Origin: Tubiluchus corallicola
Lineage: Eukaryota > Animalia > Priapulida
Assembly: GCA_030141605.1 (NCBI GenBank)
Contig: JAQGDQ010000361.1
Location: forward strand, 1-64,000
Reading direction: 5' to 3'
DNA: 64,000 nucleotides
Numbering within the stretch: the stretch's first letter is position 1; each line of letters starts with the position of its first letter. The notes below the pieces were generated by a model, which saw only the letters and a list, made by a program, of their open reading frames with translations, was not told the origin of the DNA and did no database searches. Positions 61,299-64,000 of this stretch are shown here, one piece after another. The position numbers were made by a program, and so were the translations under genes.

Positions 61299-64000
61299 GT
61301 AGACAAACTTGACTACCGATTCTTTTCTACCATGCAATACATGAAAGAAAATTGCCATTTCTGCCAAAACTTTTGTGAGATATATGATAATTAATTTAAG
61401 GTAATACAGAGTAGTGCTTATTAAATACATAAGCGTTAAGTAACCATTAATTCTTATTAATTCTTCCACCAATGACGTCGTTCGTCGGCTCAACAAAAAC
61501 AGCGCACTGCCAATTTTCAGTTAAAAGTGTAATAAGGTTTTTCAAAAATTACATCACGAATATTGTGATATTTTTGAGTGAACATTAGGCAACCCGCAGA
61601 AGTTTGAATTAGTATGATCAGAGCGTGATTACGGAAAGCCACGAGGCGCTTACGAAAAGTCCCGAAGTCCATCAGTTACATCATAAATTTCATGTGAATG
61701 GCAGCTACCATTGCGTCTGAAAATAACTATACAGCGGTTGTATAAAACATCTTTGTCATTTAAAAGCAGTTTTTTGCAAATTGCTTTGCTATATTTTCTA
61801 TGTTTAAGTGACAGTAGTAAAATAAAACTAACATGTTAAGTGTATCGGTTTTTCCTTTAACATTAAATGTTATTAAACCGTATAATTTGCTGCTTTTTCC
61901 GTTTTCAATAGTGTAAAAATTTTATTTTTAGGCACTCTTACTACTGTGTTTTGCCAATGTTTATTTAAGTTATGTTAAACTACGTAAGTTGCTATAGGAT
62001 AGAGTCATCGCGCTGGGCGAATAATGCGTATTTCAACTGATCCATAACTGAACCTGAAATATCCTTCTTATAAAAGCTGAATGGTTTAGAAGCTAAACCA
62101 TCGTGGAAGACAAAATCTTCTCCTTCAATAGATACTAGACTAGATGACTTGGCTGTATTCTCTATAGACAGCACGTAGTCGAACAAGACATCTCTTAATG
62201 GATTCCGTTAGTTTCTTTTGTAATTAAATCATTTAAAGCACAAGAAAGCCATCCACTTACATAAAGCTTAAAAAATTCGTCTTGAAATTTTATACCACTT
62301 ACGTACTACTTTTATGCATGCAGGGTTTGCATCGACAGTAACGCTGTATAAAACTTGCAAATTTAAACTTTCGCGATGACCGTTAGACACAACCATTTTG
62401 ACGATAAGTCATTTCGAACAAGTTTAGGTAACACTGAGTAAAGTTTTGAAAAATAATCAGAGCATTAGCAGCGCTCGCGTCATTAACTAAGCAAAATTCT
62501 AAATTACTGTATCTTGTCAATAAGATTAAAAATGCGTTTTTTGATTAGTGAGTGGTGCACCTTGGAAGTGAATCAACGACGTTTTACCAATTGGTGAGAA
62601 CATTTTAAATAACTAATAATTTTCTTTTCTAGTTACATAAGTTTTTCAAGCATGTAAGCGAAATGCTAAGTAATATAACTTTGCATGGAAAGTTTTTTGG
62701 GACATAGTTTAACATTTCCTTTTCTTCCCCTGATTTACGTTGTGCGTATGGAGCAGTCGGAATCCGTACTATACGGGAGATTCAAAATGAAAACAAACGA
62801 AAAATCCTTTCAACGCGAGTACGATATATGCATAAAATTGCTATAAAGTATGTGTGTAGTTTTTTTAAGCGATTTTTCTGAAACCTACGTCAGGTACCCC
62901 TTTTCTTGACTTTTAATACGTCACTAAACTGAATTTTGAACTAATTTTCTTCGCTCGCTGTAGTTATCAGTTCAATAATCACATTATGCTTTGTTTACTT
63001 ACTCCATAACAGGCAACATAGAAACTTACTTTATGCCCCTAAGAAATTCTTAAAACTGTCTCAGTTTATTTCAACATCGGAACACTTTATTACGTTAAGT
63101 CAACCTATGCAAATCTGCCGACAAAAGCCTGGATTATTGAAATTAATGTTCTCACGAAAGCTCCGTTAGGATTAACATAAAATTGATGATATCAATGCAC
63201 GAAGAGAGAATTCAAAGCTATCAGGAGGACTATTATCACCATCGGCTGCCTGTAATAAGGCACTAAGATGCTGGACACAGGTGCAACATCTAAACAGGTT
63301 AATATTTTATCGTTATAACGACAGGATCAACTGCTGTAGGGAGTTTAACTCTATCAGCTCTTGTTGTCAAGCGCCATTAGGTCTTGCTGAAACTTTGCAA
63401 GTTTTGCTTTGAAACAATTAGAAACAACAGAAGGTTCTGTTGGTAATCCGATATTTGATTTCACTGTGCCGTGCGTCTTTCATCAAAGAGTTGTTGCCTA
63501 TTTTATTTTATTTATTTAAAGTTTATTTTGGCACATAAAATGTTATATAAAAGTTATTATTTACATGTCAGGCACCATTAAGACAGCTACGAAAATTTAC
63601 AAAAAAATAAAAATGTTTACAATTCACAAACTTTTACTGATGTTTTGTATTTTTAAATTCTGTGAATATTTTTATTATAAGTATTTTTTATTTACTATAA
63701 ATCGCTTCATCAATGTCTTTAATCATGTATTTAATAACAATCTGACACTATCGTAAAACATCAGTCCAAAGACTGAGCATACATAATTATTTATATGTAT
63801 TGTGATTTTATTACTGTACATTTTGTGTATGTTTTATCACAATATGCTTTACTGACTCAGCTAACTTATCCTTTAACTTATATATATATATATATATGTA
63901 TAAGTTAAAAGCCTGCGGTTACTACTTCAGTAAATCATGCCATCTTCTAAATATTCTGCTATAAAATCGACATCAGTTTGGTGGCATATATAATATACAA

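Overview
AT-rich invertebrate (metazoan) genomic DNA with one large gene and dense transposon debris; coordinates were read by eye and decayed-repeat boundaries are approximate. The main gene is an essentially intronless polycystin-1-like (PKD1L/REJ-type) receptor on the + strand (17940-25611). It is split into a signal peptide + WSC ORF and a +1-frame 2439-aa ORF (REJ, GAIN/GPS, TM1, PLAT, polycystin channel region). Unusually, a 32-cysteine module and a second, predicted extracellular PLAT domain are inserted before the GPS. A ~100-bp-arm fold-back made from a LINE 3' end starts at the base after the stop codon. The gene's 2-kb 3' flank, which holds a decayed paralogue of the Cys module, is duplicated at the window start, predicting another copy of the gene upstream. 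Two small spliced coding units are missed by the ORF track: a 2-exon 98-aa Arg/Ser protamine-like + PRP-repeat gene (39040-38587, - strand) and a Gly/Tyr-rich secreted-type exon with one in-frame TAG (2550-2308, - strand). Other content: a 5S-headed SINE with an RTE-like body, a tRNA-headed SINE, a duplicated block carrying a carbohydrate sulfotransferase pseudogene, two tandem arrays built from DNA-transposon ends, mini-Helitrons, Penelope remnants with degenerate hammerheads, LINE fragments, MITEs and microsatellites. No CRISPR or prokaryotic features were found.
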